From: Nanobdellota archaeon
GTDB lineage: Archaea; Nanobdellota; Nanobdellia; Woesearchaeales; GW2011-AR4
Assembly (NCBI GenBank): GCA_038046685.1
Contig: JBBSVT010000007.1
Coordinates: forward strand, 1-59,043
Direction of reading: 5' to 3'
DNA: 59,043 nt
Shown: piece by piece, positions 8,887-16,828 of the stretch
How positions within the stretch are numbered: the stretch's first letter is position 1
How the letters are laid out: each line of letters opens with the position of its first letter
Position numbers and translations under genes: made by a program
Notes under the pieces: generated by a model
Seen by the model: only the letters and a program-made list of their open reading frames with translations
Told to the model about the DNA's origin: nothing
Databases searched by the model: none

Positions 8887-10554
8887 TTACCAAAAACTCC
8901 TCTCTGACATAATTTGCTTTAAAGCAAAATTTACTTTATTTTGTTCATTTTTAGTCATACCGTACAATTTATAGACTTTCTTGTCTAACTCAGACAATTT
9001 TTCTTTTAAGTTTTCTTTGTTAATTTTTTTTACAATGTCCATAATCTCTTTTTGAATTTTTTTACTGGCTTTTTTGATGGGAATTTTTCCCAGATAAACT
9101 TTATCAGTGTGCATCGTAAGTTTAGATTTATTGTAAACAGCATATAGAAGATAAAAATTGATTAATTTTGAATTTAGCAAACCATAAATGTAATCTAATT
9201 GATAAGAGTTATCTTTCAAAATGATATTGCTGACAGTATCAAAATTAAGATTTCCTTTTTCATCTATGGATGAAATAATCCCTGCTTCGCTTGAAAAGAT
9301 ATTTTGTAGAATTATTTTTCTCTTTTGAAATTCGTCTATTTTTGAAGAATTGCTCTTTAGTTTGTCTATATCAATAAAAAACCCATTCGAATAGGAAGAT
9401 TTAGAGATATCATTTCCTTTAATTATGGAAATGCTCTCCTTGCTTTTTGATTTAGATATTATCTGAGAATTTGGGCTTATTGAAAGTCCTCTAAAAATAT
9501 CCGCAATACTTTCTAAATTTTCTCCTTTGATTTTTTCTATTAAATCATAATAGGTTTTATCTTCAAACATTAAGAAAGTGTTATATTTCTGGAATATCTT
9601 TTGAGGCACATAGAACTCTTTATTATTATCAAATAAACGAATCAAAACTTTATTATTTTTTATTGATTTTTTTTTGCTTGTTTTCTGCACAAATAAAACT
9701 ATTTGCTCTCCTCTGACATCCTTAAAACAAGTCCCAAGATCAAAAATGTGCAGTATTTTTGAATTGCTTAATAAGAATTCCCTTAATCTTGAATATGAAT
9801 TAACTCTAATTAATGTTTTAGGCAAAACAAAAGCCATCACTCCTCCATCTTTAAGAAGTTCGTAAGATTTTGCAATTACCAAAGACGCCGCATTTGTGCT
9901 TCCATTTGCGATTTGAGAAAAGAAAGACTCGTTTACATCATAATCTCTTTTGTTTTTTAAAGTTACATATGGAGGATTGCCAATTATAAAATCAAAACCG
10001 CCTTCATTAAGAATTTCTGAAAACTCTTTTTTCCAGTTAAATGCTTTTTTATCAATAAACCTTTTTTCAACGATGGAGTTTCCAATTTTAATATTTTTTT
10101 CAAGAATATTTAATGAGTTTGAATCTTGACCATTTCTTAACCATAAGTTTATTCTTGCTATTTTAGTTGCCGAATTATTTAAATCAACACCATAAATATT
10201 ATTTAGGGCATTTGAGTTTATCTGTTTTAGATGATTATATGCCGTTACCAAGAAAACGCCACATCCGCAAGTTGGATCTAAAATTTTAGAATCTTGTTCA
10301 ATATTAAGAAAATTTACAATATAATTAACTATCTCTTGTGGAGTATAAAATTGTCCCAAATCTTTTTTTTCTTGCTCTCTTATCAGTTTCTCAAACAGAA
10401 CTCCTAAAGTATCTTCTTTTATTTTTGTTAGTTGCTCTTGTTCAATCTTATTTACAACTTTGTTTATTATTTTATCTTTATATGGTAAAGACTCTAAAGT
10501 ATCTTTGCTTAAATAAAAATTCTCTTGTGTAAGTGGAACTAAAACAGCATCCAT
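8887..10554 (-). CDS. gamma-class N6-adenine DNA methyltransferase (Eco57I/TaqI-like) with a TaqI_C-type specificity domain
   Basis: The 555-aa ORF carries FYTPQEIVNYIV, ILDPTCGCGVFLV, FDFIIGNPPYV and C-terminal IYGLLNSKLINFYL. Confidence 0.9.
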   Translation of the reverse strand: MDAVLVPLTQENFYLSKDTLESLPYKDKIINKVVNKIEQEQLTKIKEDTLGVLFEKLIREQEKKDLGQFYTPQEIVNYIVNFLNIEQDSKILDPTCGCGVFLVTAYNHLKQINSNALNNIYGVDLNNSATKIARINLWLRNGQDSNSLNILEKNIKIGNSIVEKRFIDKKAFNWKKEFSEILNEGGFDFIIGNPPYVTLKNKRDYDVNESFFSQIANGSTNAASLVIAKSYELLKDGGVMAFVLPKTLIRVNSYSRLREFLLSNSKILHIFDLGTCFKDVRGEQIVLFVQKTSKKKSIKNNKVLIRLFDNNKEFYVPQKIFQKYNTFLMFEDKTYYDLIEKIKGENLESIADIFRGLSISPNSQIISKSKSKESISIIKGNDISKSSYSNGFFIDIDKLKSNSSKIDEFQKRKIILQNIFSSEAGIISSIDEKGNLNFDTVSNIILKDNSYQLDYIYGLLNSKLINFYLLYAVYNKSKLTMHTDKVYLGKIPIKKASKKIQKEIMDIVKKINKENLKEKLSELDKKVYKLYGMTKNEQNKVNFALKQIMSERSFW

Positions 10555-10700
10555 TATTTAACCCCTTTCTTAACTTCTTTTTCCATATAATTTTGAAATT
10601 GCTTTGAAACAATCCATCCTTTTTTATCGCACTCCTCTTTAAATTTATCATAAATTTCAGAATCCACAAATAAAGTTACTCTTTTTTTAACCATCATCAT
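10554..10700 (-). CDS. 48-aa ribbon-helix-helix (CopG/Arc-like) leader protein of the RM-like operon; not in the ORF track
   Basis: The reverse strand reads ATGATGATGGTT...GTTAAATAA, giving MMMVKKRVTLFVDSEIYDKFKEECDKKGWIVSKQFQNYMEKEVKKGVK. Its TAA stop shares an A with the ATG of the 555-aa MTase (TAATG). It is about 51% identical over 43 aa (hand alignment) to the small ORF at 55238-55390. The pattern is beta strand, helix, helix. Confidence 0.6.
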   Translation of the reverse strand: MMMVKKRVTLFVDSEIYDKFKEECDKKGWIVSKQFQNYMEKEVKKGVK

Positions 10701-10706
10701 CCCCTT

Positions 10707-10722
10707 TATGTAAGCTTACATA
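10707..10722. promoter_or_regulatory. perfect 16-bp palindrome TATGTAAGCTTACATA just upstream of the RHH gene (candidate operator)
   Basis: The palindrome was read directly. It ends 6 nt from the first ATG of the RHH ORF and abuts the G-rich AAGGGG element. Confidence 0.4.
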
Positions 10723-10862
10723 AGATTATTAACACATCCCTATATAAATCTTACGCATACTTGTCCAGTGGCAAGTGCTAAAAGACGCCCTAGATGTTCT
10801 TTTTAGAAAAGAACCAAAACAAGACACTCCTTCTATCTTCTTTTTATAAAAAGAAGCAAAAA

Positions 10863-10909
10863 ACGGAATTCCCCCCTACGACGAAACGACGGACTGAAAA
10901 TTGCCCCTT
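10863..10909. repeat. right boundary repeat block of the RM-like island
   Basis: acggaattcccccc (10863-10876) and gaaaattgcccctt (10896-10909) are reverse complements of the left-block elements. The direct copy of acgaaacgacg lies at 10881-10891. The block is preceded by a hairpin at 10796-10814 and a perfect 20-nt palindrome cttctttttataaaaagaag at 10837-10856. Confidence 0.6.
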
Positions 10910-11243
10910 GATACTTATTCTTGATGGCTCACTGTGTTCGCTTGATTGAATACGCCCCTGAAATTACTTTGATTTTTTGCCTTCGGCATCGTTGCACTAA
11001 AAATCAATTCCTCCAAGTATTCGGACGAATAGAACAGGAATTTAACGGTTCCGAAACCTTGCAGGTTTCTCCACCCAAATTTTGCCCCATCTCTGAAAAT
11101 TTCTCCAGCTCTGTTCGGATTTTCCAGCTCTGAACTGCGGTTCGAGGGAAAATCCTCACGAGGTCGAAATTTTCGAGGGGTCAAAACTTCGTTAAATTCC
11201 GATGTTAAATGCAATTAAATTTAAGTTTTCCTTTTTTATGAAT

Positions 11244-11254
11244 GGAATTCTCTC
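11244..11254. repeat. left arm of a perfect 11-bp inverted repeat (ggaattctctc)
   Basis: It pairs with gagagaattcc at 11865-11875. Both arms are preceded by gaatgg. Confidence 0.5.
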
Positions 11255-11319
11255 TTATTTTTTGAATGGGCAAGAAAACAAAGAAACATTTTTATACAAC
11301 TCTACAAATTAGTTAAAAT

Positions 11320-11592
11320 ATGGTGTTAGGAATGATATTTGGATTCATAACAATTCTATTAATAATATATATCATAGTGATTGGTTGGATTCTTTATTTC
11401 AAAATTGATGAAATTTATAAAAAGAGAACAGGTAAATCAATCAATTTCATGGTTGCAGGTTTGAATGTTTGGATTGCAATTTTTACAAATGAATACAAAG
11501 ATGATAAAAAATATAATAATTTAGTTTGGCAGTTAAGAATTCTTATACCCCTCACAATAATATTGGCTTTAATATCAGGTAGTTTACAATGA
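11320..11592 (+). CDS. small integral membrane protein (3 predicted TM segments)
   Basis: The 90-aa ORF has hydrophobic stretches MIFGFITILLIIYIIVIGWILYF, VAGLNVWIAIF and ILIPLTIILALISG. It overlaps the next ORF by ATGA. Confidence 0.45.
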   Translation: MVLGMIFGFITILLIIYIIVIGWILYFKIDEIYKKRTGKSINFMVAGLNVWIAIFTNEYKDDKKYNNLVWQLRILIPLTIILALISGSLQ

Positions 11593-11801
11593 ATAAATGG
11601 GTTAAGATTAGTTTAATTGTAATATCAATATTTATAATAATCTCAACAATATGGATTTATAGTAAAGTATCAAAAACTTGTGATGAAGTTGGAGGAGAAT
11701 GTAAAGTTGAGGAAGAATGTCCAATTAATCAACTTCGTCCAACGTTCACAAATAAGCCATTTTGTACCGATAAGAAAGTTTGTTGTTACAAATTTGGTTA
11801 A
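11589..11801 (+). CDS. small secreted or membrane-anchored six-cysteine peptide
   Basis: The 70-aa ORF has an N-terminal TM/signal segment (ISLIVISIFIIISTIWIY). This is followed by C-x6-C-x5-C-x14-C-x5-CC. Confidence 0.45.
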   Translation: MNKWVKISLIVISIFIIISTIWIYSKVSKTCDEVGGECKVEEECPINQLRPTFTNKPFCTDKKVCCYKFG

Positions 11802-11864
11802 TAATAAGTTTGTTTTCTTGCCCTTGACACATTTACTAGACTGCTCACCCTATTTGTTCGAATG

Positions 11865-11875
11865 GAGAGAATTCC
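11865..11875. repeat. right arm of the perfect 11-bp inverted repeat (gagagaattcc)
   Basis: It is the reverse complement of 11244-11254. Confidence 0.5.
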
Positions 11876-12163
11876 CTAAAAGATAGTCTCGCTAACGCTC
11901 GGATTTATTTGGAAACTTAAATTTAACTTTGCGGACGCAACTTTTGAGAACTTCGTAACTCAAAAGGCATTTAACAGGAATTTTACGATCACTTCGCTGC
12001 GCTCGTTCATCCAAATTGAATTTTCACTCTGATTTCAGCTCTGTTCCGTTCGCTCGCCATCTCTGAAAAAATTTCCATCTCTGAAATTCTCAGGGTTGCC
12101 GAAAAAATAGAGTCATATGTGAGAACTTTGTATTATCCGTTTAAAGCGTTACAAATCTTCCCT

Positions 12164-12829
12164 TCACTCCAAAAACCTAGGATTAAACCTGTCGTACCAC
12201 TCCCTTTTTTCAATTTCGTTTAAGAGGTTAGAAAATCCGAACGTCGAGGCATCGCCATAAACCTCAATTTTTTTGTCAACGACATTCTTTAGGGCATAGA
12301 ACGCAACTATCCTGAAGCCAGCAGAATTTTCTTTTGTAATCTCAACGGGGTTGTAAATCACCTCAACCCTTTTCTCATTCCTGTCAAATGCAGCAGCAAC
12401 CGTGCTTGTGCCGCTTTCAGCGTCGATGTAGGATATGTAAACCTTATCATGGATTGAATCAAGGAATCTGGAAAATTTTTCAGCATCGCCGACATCAACC
12501 TGATCGAAGTTAGTTGTTCCAACGGACTTTAAGCCAGGAATTCTGGATGCTGAATTTGCAAAAAATTCTTTTACGTCCATTTCTTTAATCAATAGTTTAA
12601 CTTTGTAAGTGTCAATTAGTCTTTCAGTCTTAATTTTTAGGCCATTATATTTTTTGTTGAATCTTTCAGCCAGTTTTTCAAATTTCGGAATAAAAACATC
12701 CAGTTCGTGCCGTGCTTCCCCATAATACCTATCAATTTCCGCGCTAACTTTAATCAGTTGAATAAAATCTTTTTTGAACTTGGCAATATCGCTAGCGCTG
12801 AATTCTGATAGTATGTTATTATTTGGCAT
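12164..12829 (-). CDS. hypothetical protein
   Basis: The 221-aa ORF has normal amino-acid composition. I recognised no motif. Confidence 0.55.
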   Translation of the reverse strand: MPNNNILSEFSASDIAKFKKDFIQLIKVSAEIDRYYGEARHELDVFIPKFEKLAERFNKKYNGLKIKTERLIDTYKVKLLIKEMDVKEFFANSASRIPGLKSVGTTNFDQVDVGDAEKFSRFLDSIHDKVYISYIDAESGTSTVAAAFDRNEKRVEVIYNPVEITKENSAGFRIVAFYALKNVVDKKIEVYGDASTFGFSNLLNEIEKREWYDRFNPRFLE

Positions 12830-13067
12830 AGATAGGTTGTTTGAACGGTATTATTTAAATATTTTATCAAAAACTGAGCCACTTGGAAATCCTTAAATTT
12901 ATCGTAAACAACAGCCACTCCCATTAAAGATAGCGATCATCGATGGTTAAACATCGGAAAATTTCACGATGAAATCTGGCTTTAAGCATCTTCGCTTAGA
13001 TTATTTGAATTATCTTCAACACATTCTGAGAAAATAACTTTGCATAAATGTTTCAAAATAAATAAGT

Positions 13068-13280
13068 CTATCCGGGAAATTCCGTAGGGTCAGTCCATGA
13101 TATCTGGGCATCCACTCCTGCATCAACTGGGTTAGGCACCACAATTACATTGGTGGCTTCCGGCCCAGTCTTGCATCCTCCAAACTCGCATCCAAAAGTG
13201 TACAATTCTTCAATCAAATTTCCAAAGCTGCACGAAACTTTTTTGGTTGGGACAGTGTTATTCTGTTCCACACACCGCAT
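13068..13280 (-). CDS. possible small Cys-containing protein (70 aa), divergent from lysS
   Basis: An internal Met of the 109-aa track ORF gives MRCVEQNN...GGCKTGPEATNVIVVPNPVDAGVDAQISWTDPTEFPG. The longer version overlaps the lysS start and looks like read-through. No family was recognised. Confidence 0.25.
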   Translation of the reverse strand: MRCVEQNNTVPTKKVSCSFGNLIEELYTFGCEFGGCKTGPEATNVIVVPNPVDAGVDAQISWTDPTEFPG

Positions 13281-13320
13281 TCCCAAAATCTTTATATAAT
13301 ATCCTATATTTTTGGATTTT

Positions 13321-15006
13321 ATGATTAAAAATGTCGAAAGCAATGATTTCAATGATGTATTTTGGGCAGACCAGGCAGCTGATGAAATAATAGACAAAGT
13401 GGAGAAAACACCGCTTTTGAAAGAGCTGACAAAGAAGCATGGCTATATTGTTTATGACGAGAAAACTCCTTCAGGTACTATTCACATTGGATCCGGAAGG
13501 GGATGGGTAATACATGATGCAATTGCAAAGGCTTTGAGAGAAAAAGGCGCAAAAGCAAGATTTGTGCTGAGCAGTGATGACATGGATCCTTTGGACAAGA
13601 TGTCCAAGGAGCTTAGCGAAGAAGAAAACAAGAAGTACATTGGGGTGCCATTTAGGTACATTCCAAGCCCAGCGAAAGGCTACAAAAGCTTCGGGGATTA
13701 TTATTTTTCGAAATGCACTGAGCTGTTCCCGGAATTTGGAATAAATGCGGAGTTCGAAAGCACTGGAGAAGAATATGAGAAAGGCTCTTTCAACAAAGCC
13801 ATAAAAATTGCGCTGGATAATGCAAGCAAGATTCAAAAGATATATGCTGATTTATATGGAAAAGAAGTTGATGCCGCACACAAGCTTCCATTCAATGTTA
13901 AATGCCCTAAATGCAGCAAAATTTCAACAACAGCAGCATTGGAATGGAACAAGGAAAAGGAGATTGTTCATTTTGAATGCAGGGACAATGTTGTCGAATG
14001 GGCAAAAGGATGCGGCTGCAATAATTGGATTTCCCCGTATGATGGAAATGGAAAATTCCCATGGAAGGTTGAGTGGGCAGCAAAATGGGGGGCTAAGCAC
14101 GTTGTTGCCGAGACAGCCGGAAAGGACCATTTCACTAAAAACGGCTCAAGGACTGTTGCTTGCAGAATAAGCGTTGATGTTTTTGACTACCCGCCTCCTT
14201 ACCCTTCCAACGGCTATGACACTGGATACGGATATGAGTTCTTTACAGTTGGCGGCAAAAAAATGTCTACATCCAGAGGGCAAGGCTTGGGCTTCGCTGA
14301 TTCAGTAAATTATGCTCCTGGGAAAATGCTCAGATTTGTGCTGGTAAGGACAAGGCCAAGTGCAGCTATCGACTTCCAGCCTTATGGCTCTAATGATATA
14401 ATTTTGCTTTACGAGAGATACGACCAGGCTGAAAGGGCTTATTTTGGAAAAGAGGATTTGGGAAAAAAAGAGAATGCAAGGCAAAAAAGGATTTACGAGA
14501 TTAGCCATGTAGAAAAAATTCCCCGGAGAATGCCTCCTCAGGTTAGCTTAATCCATTCTTCAATCCTGGTGCAGGTTTTTGAAGACGAGAAATTGATACT
14601 TAAATCACTGCAAGACACAGGGCATTTGCCTGAAGATGCCACTAAACCTGAAATTCAATATGTAAAGGAAAGGCTCAACTTTGCAAAAAAATGGGTTAAT
14701 GAATTCGCCGAAGAGCAATACAAATTCCAGCTTCAGAAAAATGTTCCCAGGGATATTGCGCTAAGCCAAAGGCAAAAAGAAGCATTGCATTTTTTGGCAG
14801 ATAAGTTAAAAAAAGGCAAATGGACAGAACAAAGCCTGTTTAATGAACTTTATAATATTGCAAAAAATGAAGTGATACTTGAGCCTAAGGAACTCTTCAA
14901 GGCAGCCTATAAAGTCCTATTGAATAAGGAAAAAGGGCCAAAGCTAGCCCCCTTTATTCTTGCTTTGGGAAAAGAGAAAGTTGCAAAGCTGTTTGAAGAG
15001 GTTTAA
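13321..15006 (+). CDS. lysS: class I lysyl-tRNA synthetase
   Basis: A HIGH-type motif (TIHIGSGRG) and a KMSKS-type motif (KMSTSRG) are present. Length and layout are typical of archaeal-type LysRS-I. The first ATG is at 13321. Confidence 0.9.
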   Translation: MIKNVESNDFNDVFWADQAADEIIDKVEKTPLLKELTKKHGYIVYDEKTPSGTIHIGSGRGWVIHDAIAKALREKGAKARFVLSSDDMDPLDKMSKELSEEENKKYIGVPFRYIPSPAKGYKSFGDYYFSKCTELFPEFGINAEFESTGEEYEKGSFNKAIKIALDNASKIQKIYADLYGKEVDAAHKLPFNVKCPKCSKISTTAALEWNKEKEIVHFECRDNVVEWAKGCGCNNWISPYDGNGKFPWKVEWAAKWGAKHVVAETAGKDHFTKNGSRTVACRISVDVFDYPPPYPSNGYDTGYGYEFFTVGGKKMSTSRGQGLGFADSVNYAPGKMLRFVLVRTRPSAAIDFQPYGSNDIILLYERYDQAERAYFGKEDLGKKENARQKRIYEISHVEKIPRRMPPQVSLIHSSILVQVFEDEKLILKSLQDTGHLPEDATKPEIQYVKERLNFAKKWVNEFAEEQYKFQLQKNVPRDIALSQRQKEALHFLADKLKKGKWTEQSLFNELYNIAKNEVILEPKELFKAAYKVLLNKEKGPKLAPFILALGKEKVAKLFEEV

Positions 15007-15044
15007 TCAATAATAGCATTGCAACTTCATATCATTTAAAGAGC

Positions 15045-16226
15045 TTAGCTGCCGGTTTTAAATAATTTATCCGTCGACTTTCTTGCATCCTCATACACTT
15101 TCTTCAGGGGAATTTTTTTGTTTTTAGCAATCCTCGCGCAATCCCCGTATTCAGGCATTGCATTCATGATGTTATCCCCACTTTTTGAAATTTTTATGCC
15201 CACATGCCCATATTTAGCCTTGATTGTTTTTATTTCTCGGTCAAGCTTTCTCTTTTCTGCCTGATAAATCCTTACCCCAATGGTTGTTGTTTCATCAAAA
15301 ATAATTCTGCATAATTTATCTGTATTATTCCTGTCAGCCAATACTGTCAGTTTAACAGCAGGCCTTCCTTTTTTCATAATTATGTTTGTTAAATAGGCGT
15401 CCAGGGCACCATTTTCCATCAGTTTGTCTATAAGATAGGGATAAATTTCAGGATTCATATTGTCAATATTTGTTTCGATGACATCAATTGCATCATTTTT
15501 TATTTCACAAGTCTCTCCTAAAAAAACCCTCAGCACATTTGGCTGCTCAAGCTCTTTGGAGCCTGCGCCATAGCCAATTTTTTCAATTTTCATAGCAGGC
15601 ATGGCTCCAAACTTATCTGCCAAGGCTGCTGCAATTGCAGCGCCTGTCGGAGTTACAAGCTCTGCTTCAACATTTGTGCTATAAACAGGAACTCCTTGTA
15701 AAATTTCAGCAGTTGCAGGAGCCGGAACTGGGAATCTTCCATGTGAAAATTCAACAAAGCCACTGCCAACATTAAGTTTTGAGCAGTAAATTTTTTCTAT
15801 GCCCAGCTTTTTTAGCCCGATAACAGCTCCGGCAATGTCGATTATTGCGTCTATTGCCCCAATCTCATGAAAATGGATATTATTCACGGGTTTATTGTGG
15901 ATTTTTGCTTCTGCATTTCCTATTTTTTGAAAAATTTCCTTAATTGTATTATTTGCTTTGATGTCTAATTTTGAATTGTCAATGATTTTGTTAATCTCCT
16001 TTAAATTGCGTTCTTTATTACTTAATTTATTATCCATTACAACATCAAATTTTGTCGCATTAATGCCTCTTTTGGAGACTTTTTTAGTCTTGATTACATA
16101 CCCTTTTAGGTTTAATTTTTTCAATTCTTTCTTTAAAAATCTTATATCTAATCCTAAATCAATCAAAGCGCCAATTATCATGTCCCCGCTGATTCCTGAA
16201 AAGCAGTCAAAGTAGGCAATTTTCAT
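15045..16226 (-). CDS. larC: nickel-pincer cofactor nickel insertion protein LarC
   Basis: The N-terminus MKIAYFDCFSGISGDMIIGALIDLG is the DUF111/LarC signature. At 393 aa it is full length. Confidence 0.9.
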   Translation of the reverse strand: MKIAYFDCFSGISGDMIIGALIDLGLDIRFLKKELKKLNLKGYVIKTKKVSKRGINATKFDVVMDNKLSNKERNLKEINKIIDNSKLDIKANNTIKEIFQKIGNAEAKIHNKPVNNIHFHEIGAIDAIIDIAGAVIGLKKLGIEKIYCSKLNVGSGFVEFSHGRFPVPAPATAEILQGVPVYSTNVEAELVTPTGAAIAAALADKFGAMPAMKIEKIGYGAGSKELEQPNVLRVFLGETCEIKNDAIDVIETNIDNMNPEIYPYLIDKLMENGALDAYLTNIIMKKGRPAVKLTVLADRNNTDKLCRIIFDETTTIGVRIYQAEKRKLDREIKTIKAKYGHVGIKISKSGDNIMNAMPEYGDCARIAKNKKIPLKKVYEDARKSTDKLFKTGS

Positions 16227-16827
16227 GTTTGCTATTTTTTATTTCTGCAATGATATTTTCACATCCTTCTTTTTTTACAATCTCCCATGATTTTGCATAA
16301 CTTTTATTTTTTTGGCAAAATAGAATATACCAATTTAACCTCGATTCAGAAAAATATTTTTTGTATATTGATTTTTGTATTGCGTGAATTGGTATGTGAA
16401 TAATTGCATCATTATCCAGCATATTGTATCTCATGCGCAATTTTCTGAAATAATAATTAAAACATCTACTTTGAAAAAATGATTTATGTATTAATTCATG
16501 AATTAGGATATCTATAAATTTTGATTCATCGAGCTTTATCTTTAAGTTTTTGTTTATTGTCTCAATTGGTATAGTTAATGGCTCTGAAATTGCTGTAAAG
16601 TAGCTTTTTCTGACAACATAGCACTTTATTACTTTATCTTTCCATTTTATATCCAAAAATTCACACATAGAATCCAATATTTTTTTCTCAATCCTTCCCC
16701 AATCTTTCTCTACATTTTTTACGAATTCATTGGATTCAATATAATAAACTTTTTTATAACTCAAACGATTAGGCAATAACATTCTTTCATAAACCCAAGA
16801 GTAAGCAAATTCTATTTTTGGAACCAT
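16207..16827 (-). CDS. hypothetical HExxH-motif protein embedded in the lar operon
   Basis: The 206-aa ORF carries IDILIHELIHKSFF. It overlaps larC by 20 nt and starts 1 nt after the larB stop. Confidence 0.5.
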   Translation of the reverse strand: MVPKIEFAYSWVYERMLLPNRLSYKKVYYIESNEFVKNVEKDWGRIEKKILDSMCEFLDIKWKDKVIKCYVVRKSYFTAISEPLTIPIETINKNLKIKLDESKFIDILIHELIHKSFFQSRCFNYYFRKLRMRYNMLDNDAIIHIPIHAIQKSIYKKYFSESRLNWYILFCQKNKSYAKSWEIVKKEGCENIIAEIKNSKHENCLL

Positions 16828-16828
16828 T

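Noticed and set aside
10915-11214. 99-aa (minus) and 70-aa (plus) ORFs in the repeat block right of the RM island
   Set aside because: The two overlap each other. Their composition is built from the short DNA repeats (catctctgaaaa, cagctctg...), they have no plausible start context, and they show no protein-like pattern. I treated the region as noncoding repeat DNA.
5736-11875. GGAATTCC/GAATTC cores of the boundary repeats as a specific recombination or restriction site
   Set aside because: The same 8-mer or near-variants also occur inside ordinary genes (for example about 3031 and about 5449). In this AT-rich sequence the core alone is not distinctive, so only the longer repeat context is reported.
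13068-13397. Full 109-aa minus-strand ORF overlapping the lysS start
   Set aside because: The N-terminal 39 codons run antisense across the lysS start and promoter region and look non-protein-like. Only the shorter 70-aa version is kept, at low confidence.
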